The notes under the pieces: model-generated | Seen by the model: only the letters and a program-made list of their open reading frames with translations | The model's database searches: none | What the model was told of the DNA's origin: nothing | Assembly: GCA_964005815.1 (NCBI GenBank) | Contig: CAXFSR010000063.1 | Location: forward strand, 1-64,000 | DNA: 64,000 bases | Origin: an uncultured Nitrospinaceae bacterium | GTDB lineage: Bacteria; UBA8248 | Direction: 5' to 3' | In this document: one piece after another, positions 10,271-21,854 of the stretch | How positions within the stretch are numbered: the stretch's first letter is position 1 | How the letters are laid out: each line of letters starts with the position of its first letter | Translations under genes and position numbers: made by a program

Positions 10271-12493
10271 TTACTTCTGAACTTTTGTAAAATCGCAAAG
10301 CAAGGAAAAGAAACTTCTCATGCACATTAATAGATTAAACCTATTTTCTCTTATTAATTTATCATCATCCATTATCAAAACATTATCAAAAAATTTATTA
10401 ATTGGAACAGTTAAAGCAAACATTATTTCAAAAATCTTTTCATATCTTATCTTCATTTCATCAAGCGAAACAATTGAAGTATTTGCAGTAGACTCTAAAA
10501 CCTTATTCGTCTTTTCAATCGAATCTTTTAGCTGTTTAAACAAAATTCTTTCTTCTTCCTTTACAAAGATAGAGTCATTAACTTTTTCCAGACCAAAATC
10601 ACCACCATTCTTTTCATTGGTGGATAGAACTTCTTTTTTTGTGATATTGAAGATTCTCTTGCAAATTGCAGAACAATCATCAAACATCTCGTTATCAACA
10701 ATTTTATCCAGAAAATTCAATTTCGCTAATGCTTCAAGAGGAAATCTCCAAGCAGTTTGATTATCAATAGACAAAATAGATTCAACTAAATCTGACCTAT
10801 TTGTATTTTGCATCAAGAAAGCATGGACTCTGCTGGAGAAGAAAACATCTAATCTTTCCAAAATATCTTCTTGGTTCTTACTAAAAATATCACCAAATGT
10901 TTCGATTGACTTTCCTATCATTTTAGACAAATCTATTTTCAAACCAAAGGAAGACAGAATCTTAAAAATTCCTGTAGTAGTTCTTCTAAGAGCGTATGGA
11001 TCCTCAGAACCTTTAGGCACATAGTTAAGTCCAATTAGTCCGACAATAGTGTCAAATCTATCTGATAGGGAAACTACGCCACCTTCTCTGGAAGAAGGAA
11101 CCTCATCACCATCTCTTATCGGCATATAATGTTCATAAATAGCATTTGAAATTACTTCATTTTTTCCTTGAATTCGGGCAAAATACTTACCCATAACACC
11201 TTGAAGTTCTGGGAATTCATATACCATTCCGCTGGTCAAGTCTGCCTTGCATAATTTAGATATTTCTAACACGTTTTCTTTCATATCTTTTTCATTCGGA
11301 TAGAATTCTTCACATAGATAAGCACTTAATTGAGAAAAGCGAATAACTTTCTCCATGCTCGTACCTAATTTTGGATGATAAACTACTTCATTTAATTTTT
11401 CGGACATTACTTCAAGAGAAATAGCCAAATCTTTTTCCCAATAAAATTCAGCATCCTCTAATCTTGCCTGTACTACTCTCTCATAACCTTCTTTAATAAT
11501 TCCCATGTCTTTAGCTTCTAAGTTACTTACAGCAATAAAGTGAGAGGTGATATTTTCATCTCTCTTATCTTTCAATGCAAAAAAACGTTGATTGCTCTCT
11601 AAAGTATTTACTATTACTTCTTCTGGTATATTCAAATATCTTTCATCAAACTGACATTGAACAATTTTGGGCCATTCAACTAAATTTGAAACTTTCTCAA
11701 CCAAAAATTCAAAACCATCTTTATCTAAAGCGGGAATACAGTCTAAAGAAGATGCTGCAGAAAGAACTTCTTTTTCGATTATCTTAAAACGCCCACCTGG
11801 ATTATCTTTATATGAGATAGGATTCACATAATTTTCATTTAGTTTTCTTATATAGTCATCAAAATCTTTTACTTCCAAAGATTGATCAGATAGAAATCTA
11901 TGGCCATAAGTTTTATTGCTAAATTCAGGCAAACAAGAGGCAACTCCAATCAGTTCTTCTTTTTGCAATCTCAAGGGAATGATTTCTTCTCCATACAAAG
12001 CTAAAATCCATCGTATAGGTCTTACAAACTGAAAATTTTCCCTTTGCCATCGCATTGATTTAGGAGAAGACAAAGAAGTAATCAATGTAATTAACGCAGA
12101 AGACAAAATGTCAATTGTTTTATTACCTTCATGCAACTTTTCTAAAAAAATTCTTTCACCTTTAGGTGTTTCCTTAGTTTTAATATCAGACATTTCAATC
12201 TGATTCTTTTTAAGAAATGAAAGTACCGCCTTTGTAGGCTTTCCTTCTTCATCAAAAGCTATTTTCGTAGGAGGACCTAAAATTTCTTCTGTATAGGATT
12301 GTTGAAATTCTTTTAATTCAGAAACATGAACAAACATTCTTCTTGGCGTACCGCATATTTGAATATCAGAAAAAGTAGTTCTAAATTCAGAAAAAACAGA
12401 ACGCGTATTTTCTTCCAATTGGCGAAGCAAGTCTGTCAGATAGATCGATGGTATTTCTTCAGTTCCAATTTCAAACAACACATCTTTTTGCAA
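10271..12493 (-). CDS. glyS: Glycine--tRNA ligase beta subunit
   Basis: LFEIGTEEIP, FVRPIRW, MVYEFPELQGVMG, GSEDPYALRR; TTG start 6 nt after AGGAG. Confidence 0.95.
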   Translation of the reverse strand: MQKDVLFEIGTEEIPSIYLTDLLRQLEENTRSVFSEFRTTFSDIQICGTPRRMFVHVSELKEFQQSYTEEILGPPTKIAFDEEGKPTKAVLSFLKKNQIEMSDIKTKETPKGERIFLEKLHEGNKTIDILSSALITLITSLSSPKSMRWQRENFQFVRPIRWILALYGEEIIPLRLQKEELIGVASCLPEFSNKTYGHRFLSDQSLEVKDFDDYIRKLNENYVNPISYKDNPGGRFKIIEKEVLSAASSLDCIPALDKDGFEFLVEKVSNLVEWPKIVQCQFDERYLNIPEEVIVNTLESNQRFFALKDKRDENITSHFIAVSNLEAKDMGIIKEGYERVVQARLEDAEFYWEKDLAISLEVMSEKLNEVVYHPKLGTSMEKVIRFSQLSAYLCEEFYPNEKDMKENVLEISKLCKADLTSGMVYEFPELQGVMGKYFARIQGKNEVISNAIYEHYMPIRDGDEVPSSREGGVVSLSDRFDTIVGLIGLNYVPKGSEDPYALRRTTTGIFKILSSFGLKIDLSKMIGKSIETFGDIFSKNQEDILERLDVFFSSRVHAFLMQNTNRSDLVESILSIDNQTAWRFPLEALAKLNFLDKIVDNEMFDDCSAICKRIFNITKKEVLSTNEKNGGDFGLEKVNDSIFVKEEERILFKQLKDSIEKTNKVLESTANTSIVSLDEMKIRYEKIFEIMFALTVPINKFFDNVLIMDDDKLIRENRFNLLMCMRSFFSLLCDFTKVQK

Positions 12494-12518
12494 AATTAGC
12501 TCCTAGATATAAAGGACA

Positions 12519-13472
12519 TTATTTTTTTCCTTCATTGCTAGACTTAAATTTTTCTACTTCCTCGTTTCTCTGTTTCTCATCAATTATAAGTGGAAACCCT
12601 AATTCATACCTTGACTTCAAGTATGATTCTGCACATCCCTTAGCCATATTTCTAATCCTGCCTATGTACCTCGCTCTTTCGCTTACACTAATAGCACCTC
12701 TTGCATCTAAAAGATTAAAGTAATGTGAACATTTTAGTGTAAAATCATAAGCAGGAAAGGATAGGTTTTCTTTAATCAGCCTTAGTCCCTCTTCTTCACA
12801 CATATTGAACATATTAAACAACATATCTACGTTAGCAGAATCAAAATTAAATTTACTAAATTCAATTTCAGTTTGCATATGCACATCACGATACGTTATT
12901 TTTCGATCGTTAGTATCTAACCAAATAAGATCAAAAACACTATCCACACCCTGTAGATACATAGCTATTCTTTCAATTCCGTAGGTAATTTCAGCAGAAA
13001 TATCGTCTAAATCTAAACCACCGGCTTGTTGGAAATACGTGAACTGAGTTACTTCCATACCATCTAACCATACTTCCCAACCTAATCCCCATGCACCAAG
13101 ATTAGGGGATTCCCAATCATCTTCAACAAAACGAATGTCGTGATCTGAAGTTTTGATCCCTAAATATTCTAAACTTTTGAGATACAAATCCTGCACGTTA
13201 GAAGGCGAAGGCTTTAAGATAACTTGATACTGATAATAATGTTGAAGTCTATTTGGGTTTTCTCCATATCTTCCATCTGTTGGTCTTCTGCTAGGTTCAA
13301 CATACGCAACATTCCAAGGCTCTGGACCAAGTACTCTCAAAAAAGTAGCAGGATTCATGGTTCCAGCTCCTACTTCAATGTCGTAAGGTTGCTGGATAAG
13401 ACAACCCTGCTTAGACCAAAACTCTTCTAGTTTAAGGAAAATTTCTTGAAAAGTAATCACAGCGCTACTCAA
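12519..13472 (-). CDS. glyQ: Glycine--tRNA ligase alpha subunit
   Basis: [38 protein letters not shown]. Confidence 0.97.
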   Translation of the reverse strand: MSSAVITFQEIFLKLEEFWSKQGCLIQQPYDIEVGAGTMNPATFLRVLGPEPWNVAYVEPSRRPTDGRYGENPNRLQHYYQYQVILKPSPSNVQDLYLKSLEYLGIKTSDHDIRFVEDDWESPNLGAWGLGWEVWLDGMEVTQFTYFQQAGGLDLDDISAEITYGIERIAMYLQGVDSVFDLIWLDTNDRKITYRDVHMQTEIEFSKFNFDSANVDMLFNMFNMCEEEGLRLIKENLSFPAYDFTLKCSHYFNLLDARGAISVSERARYIGRIRNMAKGCAESYLKSRYELGFPLIIDEKQRNEEVEKFKSSNEGKK

Positions 13473-14673
13473 TAAACTCTTTATGTAAAAGTTTCACAGC
13501 ATTCTCAGAATATTTAGTGTCAATTATCACAGAAATTGAAATCTCAGAGGTGGAGATCATGAGAATATTAATGTCAGATCCAGAAAGAGCACTGAAAACT
13601 CGCGCCGCAACTCCTGCCTGACTTTTCATTCCAATACCAACAACTGAAACCTTAGCAATTTCATCATTCCTTATAATTTCAATTTTACCAAACTCAGACT
13701 TAAGACCATCTATAATTGATTCTGCATCTTCCGCAAAATCACGATTAACAGTAATGGAAATATCCGCAAGTCCTTTCTCTCCCACATTTTGAACAATCAT
13801 ATCTATCATAATTGAATGTTCTGCCAGCTTCCCAAATAGCTTCGATGCTATACCAGGTTCATCGGGTACGTTTAAGACTGTTAACTTAGACTGTTTCTTA
13901 TCACAATTCACTCCACTTACTGCTGGTGCTTCTAGAAAATCATCTTCCATTTTAATCAAAGTACCCTCTCCTTCTCCAAATGAAGATCTAACAATCAATG
14001 GCAATTTATATTTAGCCGCTAGATCAACCGCTCTAGGCTGCAAAACCTTTGCTCCTAAAACTGCCATTTCCATCATTTCATCAAAAGAAATTTCTTTTAA
14101 ACAAACAGCCTTTTCAACAATTCTAGGATCTGCAGTATAAACTCCATCTACATCGGTGTATATCTCACATAAATCAGCTTTTAAGGCTGCAGCTAAAGCA
14201 ACTGCTGTAAGATCAGATCCGCCTCTTCCTAAAGTAGTTTCTTCATTAAATTCATCAACTCCCTGAAAACCCGCAGCAACTACAATTCTTCCAGAATCAA
14301 GTTCTTTCAAAATCCTATCTGGTCTTATAGTCCTTACTCTTGCTCGTAAATGTTCCCCATCAGTCATAATACCAGCCTGACCACCGGTAAGAGAGATTGA
14401 AGGAAAACCAAGAGAATTTATTGCTATAGATAATAAAGAACTAGAAATACGCTCCCCGCTGGTCAACAACAGGTCCATTTCTCTCTTTTGTGGATTCTGA
14501 CTTAAAACACCAGCCATATCAATAAGACGATCGGTTTCTCCACCCATAGCACTAACGACAACGACCATCTGGTCCCATTTATTTTTTTGAGAAACCACAC
14601 GCTCCGCAACAGCCTGAAGACGATTTATATCTCCAACCGATGTACCTCCAAACTTTTGAACTACCAAACTCAT
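13465..14673 (-). CDS. lysC: Aspartate kinase (two ACT domains)
   Basis: [41 protein letters not shown]. Confidence 0.95.
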   Translation of the reverse strand: MSLVVQKFGGTSVGDINRLQAVAERVVSQKNKWDQMVVVVSAMGGETDRLIDMAGVLSQNPQKREMDLLLTSGERISSSLLSIAINSLGFPSISLTGGQAGIMTDGEHLRARVRTIRPDRILKELDSGRIVVAAGFQGVDEFNEETTLGRGGSDLTAVALAAALKADLCEIYTDVDGVYTADPRIVEKAVCLKEISFDEMMEMAVLGAKVLQPRAVDLAAKYKLPLIVRSSFGEGEGTLIKMEDDFLEAPAVSGVNCDKKQSKLTVLNVPDEPGIASKLFGKLAEHSIMIDMIVQNVGEKGLADISITVNRDFAEDAESIIDGLKSEFGKIEIIRNDEIAKVSVVGIGMKSQAGVAARVFSALSGSDINILMISTSEISISVIIDTKYSENAVKLLHKEFIE

Positions 14674-14692
14674 CTTTTTCTCCCAGAAAAAA

Positions 14693-15919
14693 CTAATGTT
14701 TAAACAATTTAGTCCCTAATATAACTGGATCAAGAGTTTTTCTGCTTTCAAACTTCTTCTCACTAAATTCCGAAGTTTTTGATTCGGGAGGCGATATTGC
14801 ATTAGAAATCATACAAAGTAAATCAAATTTAGTGAATTTTTTTCTAGGCAATTTAAATACCCCATTCTCTAGCTCAGTGAATAAAAATGAAAACCCTCTT
14901 TCTCTATAATTACTTATATTTTTTGGAAAATTAAATAGAAATAAAACATGCGCATCAAATTTCAGAAAATCTTCTGCAAACTTTTTCATCTCTTCGTCTA
15001 ATTCTTGTATTGTATTGACCTTATCTATCGGATCAACATGTTTTTCACTTGCTTCTTTATCTATAAAAATAAGATCATTTTCTTCAAGAGAATTTAATTC
15101 ATAATTCTCAAATGATGAAAATTGCATTCCATAAACACTACAAAAACCCTTAAGAATTAAATTTGAAGAAATAACACTAGTTTTCCCAAATGTTTGATTG
15201 TCAAAATTTCGATTCAATAATCTTGTATATGAACCTTCATAAAACCAAATGCTATTGGGAAAGAGGAAATTATCCTTGGAACTTTCGACTACAACAGGAT
15301 GTTTTGAAAGCAACATTTGCGATTCGTTCATGATATACATAAACCTTTTTGACTGATCTTCCATTTTTGGAAAAACATCTATTTCTCTTCCAGTAAATTC
15401 GAAAGGAGAATGAAATTGATCAAATGACACTAGTCCTTTTTCTAAATTGTTTTTCCTATATACAAAAACAGAATCACCATTTGGAGCAGTTTTCAAGAAA
15501 AAAGATTCACCATCTTCTTGAAAAAGATTAGAATTTAGAAATTCGGTGAATTCTATTTTTTCATCTATAGAAAGTGAAGAACCCAATGGATCCATCACAG
15601 AAAGACTCTTTGCTGTAGGCTTCAACGATACAAAATTGTTTTTAAAAATAATATCGTTTTCCTTTAAATCACAACCCATACCCTTAGCAAGCAAAACTGA
15701 GGAATGATGAAATCCTTCAGAACCTAATAGTATGGACAAAACAGAAGTTAAAGAAAAAGAATCATGTATATCTGGATTTGCTAAAGTACCATTATAGGAA
15801 GATGAATAAATATGATCAAAAAAAGGAGTTTCTGCAACTTCTAAAGGTGTTTGATCCCCTAACAAATCTTCTTTCTCATCAAACACATTACCTAAATATA
15901 AAACTATGACTTTCTTCAT
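14693..15919 (-). CDS. ApgM-like (cofactor-independent phosphoglycerate mutase / proposed homoserine kinase family) protein, catalytically degenerate
   Basis: LGDQTPLEVAETP, SQMLLSKHPV, PNSIWF, KVNTIQELD segments recall the ApgM family; sits between hom and lysC; metal/Ser motifs not recognisable. Confidence 0.7.
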   Translation of the reverse strand: MKKVIVLYLGNVFDEKEDLLGDQTPLEVAETPFFDHIYSSSYNGTLANPDIHDSFSLTSVLSILLGSEGFHHSSVLLAKGMGCDLKENDIIFKNNFVSLKPTAKSLSVMDPLGSSLSIDEKIEFTEFLNSNLFQEDGESFFLKTAPNGDSVFVYRKNNLEKGLVSFDQFHSPFEFTGREIDVFPKMEDQSKRFMYIMNESQMLLSKHPVVVESSKDNFLFPNSIWFYEGSYTRLLNRNFDNQTFGKTSVISSNLILKGFCSVYGMQFSSFENYELNSLEENDLIFIDKEASEKHVDPIDKVNTIQELDEEMKKFAEDFLKFDAHVLFLFNFPKNISNYRERGFSFLFTELENGVFKLPRKKFTKFDLLCMISNAISPPESKTSEFSEKKFESRKTLDPVILGTKLFKH

Positions 15920-17254
15920 TTAACCTTCGACTGAGGAAGAATGATTTGACTCAACCCTAATCATAGAAAATTCGGGATGAACAACTTCTAATTCAAGAAT
16001 ATCTTCAATAGCCTTGCTAATATTTTTTTCTATTACTTGATGAGTCATGATCACCAAAGGCACATAACCCTCAGAAACTGCTTTCCCTTTCTGCAAAACA
16101 GTTTCTATACTTATATCTTGATCGCTAAGCAACCCAGTGATTTCGCTCAACGCACCGGGACTGTCCAATACAGAAAACCTAAGATAAAATTTTGTTGAAT
16201 TCAAATCTTTTTCTAACACATTTTCAGACTTTCTGTATTCTGTCAAAAATGATGATGCTGGCACTCTTGACTTAACGCCTAGAACCTTACTCCTTGCCAA
16301 TTCTATAATATCTGACACCACTGCACTAGCAGTTGGTTCTGCACCTGCACCACGACCCACAAAAACTTGCGGTCCAGCATGGGAAGCAGAAATGCTAACT
16401 GCATTTAATACCCCATTTACCTGTGCAATAGGATTGTCTTGTGGCAACAAAGCAGGATGAACACGAATATCCAATCCTTCTCCTGTTTGTCTGGCTATTG
16501 CAAGGAGTTTAATTCTATACCCTAGCTCAGTCGCATATTGCACATCATATGAATGAATATCTCTAATTCCTTCAACAGCAAATGCATCAACGTTGACTGG
16601 ACTACCAAATGCAATATTTGCCAGAATTGCTATCTTGTGAGCTGCGTCTATACCGTCTATATCAAAAGAAGGATCTGCCTCTGCATAGCCAAGTTTCTGA
16701 GCATTTTCTAGAGTAGTCAAAAATTCCGCATTTTTTTCTGTCATTTCAGTAAGAATATAATTACAGGTTCCATTCAAAATACCAGTAATCTCATATATCT
16801 TGTCAGAGGCAAAAGACTCACGAATATTTCTAATAATTGGGACAGAACCAGCAACTGAAGCTTCATACCCAATTGAGCAATTTGATTTAAATGCTGCTTC
16901 AAATATTTCTTCTCCATGCACAGCAAGAACAGCTTTATTGGCTGTAACTACAGGTTTGCCTAAATCAAAACATTTTAATAAATATTTTCTAGCATCCTCT
17001 AAACCACCTATTAATTCCGCAACTATGTCTATATTCTTATCTTCAATCATACCTACAATATCAGTATCAATATTTTCATTAGCTACACCCACGGCAGTTT
17101 TCTTCTTTTTCAGTGCACCTCGATCTGCAATTCTTGAAACAATGATTTCACAACCAACACGCCTTCGTATCAATTCTTTCTGCTCATATAATAATTTGGC
17201 TACACCAGAACCAACTGTCCCCAAACCTATCAAACCGACGGATATTTTTTTCAT
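15920..17254 (-). CDS. hom: Homoserine dehydrogenase with C-terminal ACT domain
   Basis: GLGTVG, VVTANKA, YEASVAG, LNGTCNYIL, GYAEADP, GRGAG. Confidence 0.95.
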   Translation of the reverse strand: MKKISVGLIGLGTVGSGVAKLLYEQKELIRRRVGCEIIVSRIADRGALKKKKTAVGVANENIDTDIVGMIEDKNIDIVAELIGGLEDARKYLLKCFDLGKPVVTANKAVLAVHGEEIFEAAFKSNCSIGYEASVAGSVPIIRNIRESFASDKIYEITGILNGTCNYILTEMTEKNAEFLTTLENAQKLGYAEADPSFDIDGIDAAHKIAILANIAFGSPVNVDAFAVEGIRDIHSYDVQYATELGYRIKLLAIARQTGEGLDIRVHPALLPQDNPIAQVNGVLNAVSISASHAGPQVFVGRGAGAEPTASAVVSDIIELARSKVLGVKSRVPASSFLTEYRKSENVLEKDLNSTKFYLRFSVLDSPGALSEITGLLSDQDISIETVLQKGKAVSEGYVPLVIMTHQVIEKNISKAIEDILELEVVHPEFSMIRVESNHSSSVEG

Positions 17255-17267
17255 TTGACTCTCTTTA

Positions 17268-18434
17268 CTAAAAAATTGAACGTAAACTTTTCAATGCTTG
17301 TCTTGTTCTATGTTCATTTTCTACCATTGCAAAACGTACAAAATCATTTCCCAATTCCCCAAAACCTATCCCAGGTGAAACAGCTACTTTGCATTCTCTT
17401 AGTAAATGTTTTGAAAATTCCATAGACCCCATTTCTTTAAATTTATCAGGAATTTTAGCCCATAGAAACATAGTTCCTCTTGGTTTTTCCACTGGCCAAC
17501 CTATTCTATCCAAACCTTCACACAAAACATCTCTTCTTTGTTGATAAGCATCTCGAATCTCATCCACACACTCTTGCGATCCATTCAGTGCTATTATGGA
17601 AGCAATTTGAATCGGCTGAAAAGCACCATAATCTAAATAACTTTTAATACGCCTTAACGCATATATAAGTTCTCTATTTCCTACTGCAAAACCCATCCGC
17701 CATCCAGGCATTGAATAACTTTTCGACATAGAAAAGAACTCCACCCCAATATCTTTAGCACCTGGTATCTGAAGCATACTTGGAGGTTGATAACCATCAA
17801 AACCTAAATCTGCATAAGCAAAATCATGAATAACAATTAAATTGTGATCTTTTGCAAAACCAATCACTTTTTCAAAAAAATCTAGATCTACACATACAGT
17901 AGTTGGATTATGTGGGAAACTTAATAAAAGAATCTTTGGTTTAGGCCATAACGGACTTATTACATCTTCCATATTTGAAAAGAAATCATCCCCTAGTGAC
18001 AATGGAACTTGCACAACATTACCATTCGCTATTACAAGTGCATATGTATGAATAGGATACGTAGGGCTTGGCACCATTACTAAATCTCCTGGATTTGTAA
18101 TTGCTAATGCCAGATGTGAAATTCCTTCTTTGACACCTATAGTTACAATAGCTTCTTCTTCAGAATCTATATCAACGTTATAACGTCTTCCATACCAATC
18201 TGAAATTGCACTTCTTAGACGTGTAATTCCTCTAGATGCACTATATCTATGATTCCTAGGATTTGAAGCTGCCTCAACAAGCTTTTCCACAATATGAGGA
18301 GGAGTAGGAAGATCTGGATTTCCCATTCCAAAATCTATAATATCTTCACCACTTCGTCTTGCATTAATTTTGAGTTCATCGACCTCAGCAAAAACATAAG
18401 GTGGCAATCTATTAATTCTTTCAAAATTATTCAT
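17268..18434 (-). CDS. alaC: PLP-dependent class I/II aminotransferase, AlaC-like
   Basis: [46 protein letters not shown]; start ATG 18434 overlaps lipA stop (ATGAATAA). Confidence 0.88.
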   Translation of the reverse strand: MNNFERINRLPPYVFAEVDELKINARRSGEDIIDFGMGNPDLPTPPHIVEKLVEAASNPRNHRYSASRGITRLRSAISDWYGRRYNVDIDSEEEAIVTIGVKEGISHLALAITNPGDLVMVPSPTYPIHTYALVIANGNVVQVPLSLGDDFFSNMEDVISPLWPKPKILLLSFPHNPTTVCVDLDFFEKVIGFAKDHNLIVIHDFAYADLGFDGYQPPSMLQIPGAKDIGVEFFSMSKSYSMPGWRMGFAVGNRELIYALRRIKSYLDYGAFQPIQIASIIALNGSQECVDEIRDAYQQRRDVLCEGLDRIGWPVEKPRGTMFLWAKIPDKFKEMGSMEFSKHLLRECKVAVSPGIGFGELGNDFVRFAMVENEHRTRQALKSLRSIF

Positions 18435-19422
18435 ATTGTACCTGTGTAAATAGGTTAATATTCTTTTTACGACGTACAGGAGAAACATTTTCACCTAAAC
18501 CCGAATCCGTCATATATTTTCTTCCCTCTAAGTCTAGTGAAGACTCTGTTAATTCTCCTTGTGCTAATTCCAATGCTTCCGCGGCATTATATGAGCTTCT
18601 AACAAACGGACCAGCAAAAACATATGAAAAACCCTTTTTCTTAGCAGCAACTCTGTACCTTTCATAAACATCAGGGTGAATATACTCTTTTACCGGAATA
18701 GCCTTTTTTTGTGGTTGCAGATACTGCCCAATAGTTATTATGTCACACTTTATGTTTGGATCCCTCAGATCATCCATTAGAGAAAAAACGTCTTCTTCCT
18801 TTTCTCCTAAGCCAACCATAACACCACTCTTCGTAAAGATTTTTGGATCTATTTCTTTAGCTACTGACAAAACTTCAAGAGATCTTTGAAAATCACCGTT
18901 TGGTCTTATTTTTGGAAACAACCTTCTTACAGTTTCCATATTATGATTAAAAACATCCGGTTTTGACAAAACAACTTTTTCAACTGATTTAAAATCACCC
19001 AAAAAATCAGAAACCAACACCTCAATTTTTGCAGAAGGAATTTTGGATCTTATAGCTGATACAGTTTCAGCAACATGTTCAGACGCACCATCTTGCAAGT
19101 CATCTCTATTAACCATAGTCACTACTACGTGTTTTAATTTCATACATTTAGCTGTTTCAGCGACATTTAATGGTTCCAAACTATCTAAAGTTAAAGGATC
19201 GCCCTTAGACACGGAACAGTACCCACAAGTCCTTGTGCAAATATCACCACCTATCATAAAAGTCGCAGTACCTCTGGAGAAACAGTCTACCAAATTCGGA
19301 CATCTTGCTTCCTCACAAACAGTATGTAAATTTTTAGACCGCATTAATGATTTTACGTGATGCGCTTTGCTTGGATTTGGCAGTCTTTTAACCAACCATG
19401 GTGGAAATCTATCTGAAACCAA
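18427..19422 (-). CDS. lipA: Lipoyl synthase
   Basis: [12 protein letters not shown] and CTRTCGYC clusters, VRSSY; TTG start after AGGAG. Confidence 0.95.
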   Translation of the reverse strand: MVSDRFPPWLVKRLPNPSKAHHVKSLMRSKNLHTVCEEARCPNLVDCFSRGTATFMIGGDICTRTCGYCSVSKGDPLTLDSLEPLNVAETAKCMKLKHVVVTMVNRDDLQDGASEHVAETVSAIRSKIPSAKIEVLVSDFLGDFKSVEKVVLSKPDVFNHNMETVRRLFPKIRPNGDFQRSLEVLSVAKEIDPKIFTKSGVMVGLGEKEEDVFSLMDDLRDPNIKCDIITIGQYLQPQKKAIPVKEYIHPDVYERYRVAAKKKGFSYVFAGPFVRSSYNAAEALELAQGELTESSLDLEGRKYMTDSGLGENVSPVRRKKNINLFTQVQYE

Positions 19423-19446
19423 ATCAAACTCCTGAAATGTCTTGTA

Positions 19447-20121
19447 TTAATTCTTGATAACTTGAAATTCTGAAATCTTCATATTTTTTTTCAATTTTAT
19501 CTTTAAATTTCGAAGCCCATTTTTTCCCTGCGGAACATCTACTCTAACGCGAAACCATGTACCTTTCTGACTTAAGTCTGCAATTTGTACATAAGCAGAA
19601 AAACCCTTATATTTCAATTTCTCTAGAAAGTCATTAGCAGAACTTAATTTTCTAAATGAAGCTATTTGTAAAGAGTATGCACTTTTCTGAATTGCTTTTC
19701 TATTACGAACATTTTTCATTGCTTTTTTTTGCGTATTTTTTAACAGCAGAAGTCTTTTCTTTTTAGGAAGTTCGACTTTTGTTATTGCACTTTTTCCTAA
19801 ATGCAATTCTTTAGAATCATCAACCTCATCTTTTCTATACTCTTTTAAGGTTTGATAAAATTCCTTTTTTATTTCTACAGTTTTGTTTTGTCTTTTTTCA
19901 GTTGATTTGTTTTTTCTTGAATTTCTCAACAAAAAAATAGACTTGGGACGTTCTTTTTTCTTTTTATTCTCATCAATCCTGACAACTTCGTTTCTCCCCA
20001 TCCATTGGCCAAGAGCAAAAAATATTCCCAAAAAACAAATTAATACAGATAAACAAACTGCTAAATTGGATTTAGTAAGGTTTACACTCAAAAAAGAATC
20101 TTTTCGGGTATTTCTCTTCAT
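19447..20121 (-). CDS. SPOR domain-containing single-pass membrane protein (FtsN/DedD-like)
   Basis: One N-terminal TM helix, Lys-rich linker, C-terminal YSLQIASF...WFRVRV SPOR motif; argS-SPOR synteny; start placed at ATG 20121. Confidence 0.8.
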   Translation of the reverse strand: MKRNTRKDSFLSVNLTKSNLAVCLSVLICFLGIFFALGQWMGRNEVVRIDENKKKKERPKSIFLLRNSRKNKSTEKRQNKTVEIKKEFYQTLKEYRKDEVDDSKELHLGKSAITKVELPKKKRLLLLKNTQKKAMKNVRNRKAIQKSAYSLQIASFRKLSSANDFLEKLKYKGFSAYVQIADLSQKGTWFRVRVDVPQGKNGLRNLKIKLKKNMKISEFQVIKN

Positions 20122-20158
20122 GAAAATTAAATTCTCTTTCTTAAAGCGGACGGGATTT

Positions 20159-21832
20159 TTACATTTTCTCAGGCGCTGCAATACCTATTAACTCTAATCC
20201 ATTTCGAATTATTCCTCTAACGCATTTTGCAAGGAATAGCCTAGCGCATGTGATTTCCTTGTCATCAGAGATAAATCTATTCTGGTTATAATATCCGTGA
20301 AAATTTTTAGCTATAGACATTAAAGAAAATACAATATGATGTGGTTCATGTTCTCTCACTGCTAAATTGAGACTATCTGGCCATTCAAGAATACTTAGAA
20401 ACAATTTTCGATCATCATCCGAATCCAGTAACTGAAGGACAGAACTATCAATAGTTTCTAAATTTATCCCTTTTTGATTTGCTTGCTCGAAAAGACTCGA
20501 TGTTCTTGCATAAGCATATTGAACATAAAAGACTGGATTTTCACTAGACTGAGTTTTAGCTAAATCTAAATCAAACTCTAAGGTTGTATCAGGACTTCTC
20601 ATCAAAAAGAAAAAACGAGCCGTATCTACACCAACTTCATCCACAACATCAGAAAGTTCTTCAAATTCTCCAGAGCGAGTACTCATTTGCACTTTTTCAG
20701 AACCTCTCTTTAGACTTACAAATTGAACAAAAAGAACATTCAACAACGAAGAATCAAACCCAAGCATCTCCAAAGAAGCCTTTACGCGAGGAAGATAACC
20801 ATGATGATCAGAACCCCAAATATTTATATACTGATCGAATTTTTTGGCAAATTTTAGTTTATGATACGCGATATCAGACGCCAAATACGTAGGGTTGCCA
20901 TTTTCTCTTACTACTACCCTATCTTTTTCATCTCCATAATCGGTTGAACGTATCCACTTAGCTCCTCCTGTTTCGTATATCATCTTCTTTTTTTCAAGTT
21001 CAGAAATACATTCAGCAACACTGTCATTTTCAAAGAGACTTTTTTCACTAAACCAATTATCAAAATTCACGCCAAAAGAAACTAAGCTTTCTCTGATATC
21101 ATCTAAAATTATTTTTGCACCCACCTTTGAAGATAAACTCAGCGCATCTTCATTATTACTTAAATTTTCAACTTCTTTTCGATAATCATCAGATGAAGCA
21201 ATTTCCTTTATATATTCCCCCTGATACCCATCTTCAGGAAAATTGATTTTTTCTCCTTTCATTTCCTTAAAACGCAAGTAAACCGATTCTCCCAACTTCT
21301 CCATCTGATTTCCTGCATCATTCACGTAATATTCAGCATGAACATCATAACCTGCAGCTCTTAACAGTCTCCCTAATGAATCTCCCACAACAGCTCCGCG
21401 ACCATGACCTACATGTAAGGGTCCTGTTGGATTGGCACTTACAAACTCAAGATAAACAGACTTCCCTCTACCCAACTTATTAAAATCAGGGCCAAGTGGT
21501 TTTTCGTTCAAAATAGCAACGTTCTGTGCAAGAAATTGAGTGTTTAAGTAAAAATTAATAAATCCTGGTTTTGCAATTTTTATTTCTTTTATTAATTGCT
21601 TATTTTCTGGAAAGGAATTGAGCAATTGCTCTGCGATTTCCATCGGAGACTTCTTTTCTGACTTCGCGTATACCATAGCAACATTAGTAGAAAAATCACC
21701 AAATTGCGGATTGGTAGGTCTCTCAACATTATAAATAGAATCTGAATTAGTTTCTGATTGAAAACCATAAGCTGAAATAGCTTCGTCAGTTAGATTTCTA
21801 ATGATATCTTTAATCAATTCTTTAACCCTCAA
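20159..21832 (-). CDS. argS: Arginine--tRNA ligase
   Basis: EFVSANPTGPLHVGHGR, MSTRSG, NPVFYVQYA; TTG start. Confidence 0.97.
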   Translation of the reverse strand: MRVKELIKDIIRNLTDEAISAYGFQSETNSDSIYNVERPTNPQFGDFSTNVAMVYAKSEKKSPMEIAEQLLNSFPENKQLIKEIKIAKPGFINFYLNTQFLAQNVAILNEKPLGPDFNKLGRGKSVYLEFVSANPTGPLHVGHGRGAVVGDSLGRLLRAAGYDVHAEYYVNDAGNQMEKLGESVYLRFKEMKGEKINFPEDGYQGEYIKEIASSDDYRKEVENLSNNEDALSLSSKVGAKIILDDIRESLVSFGVNFDNWFSEKSLFENDSVAECISELEKKKMIYETGGAKWIRSTDYGDEKDRVVVRENGNPTYLASDIAYHKLKFAKKFDQYINIWGSDHHGYLPRVKASLEMLGFDSSLLNVLFVQFVSLKRGSEKVQMSTRSGEFEELSDVVDEVGVDTARFFFLMRSPDTTLEFDLDLAKTQSSENPVFYVQYAYARTSSLFEQANQKGINLETIDSSVLQLLDSDDDRKLFLSILEWPDSLNLAVREHEPHHIVFSLMSIAKNFHGYYNQNRFISDDKEITCARLFLAKCVRGIIRNGLELIGIAAPEKM

Positions 21833-21854
21833 AACTCAACAAAACATTTTAAAA

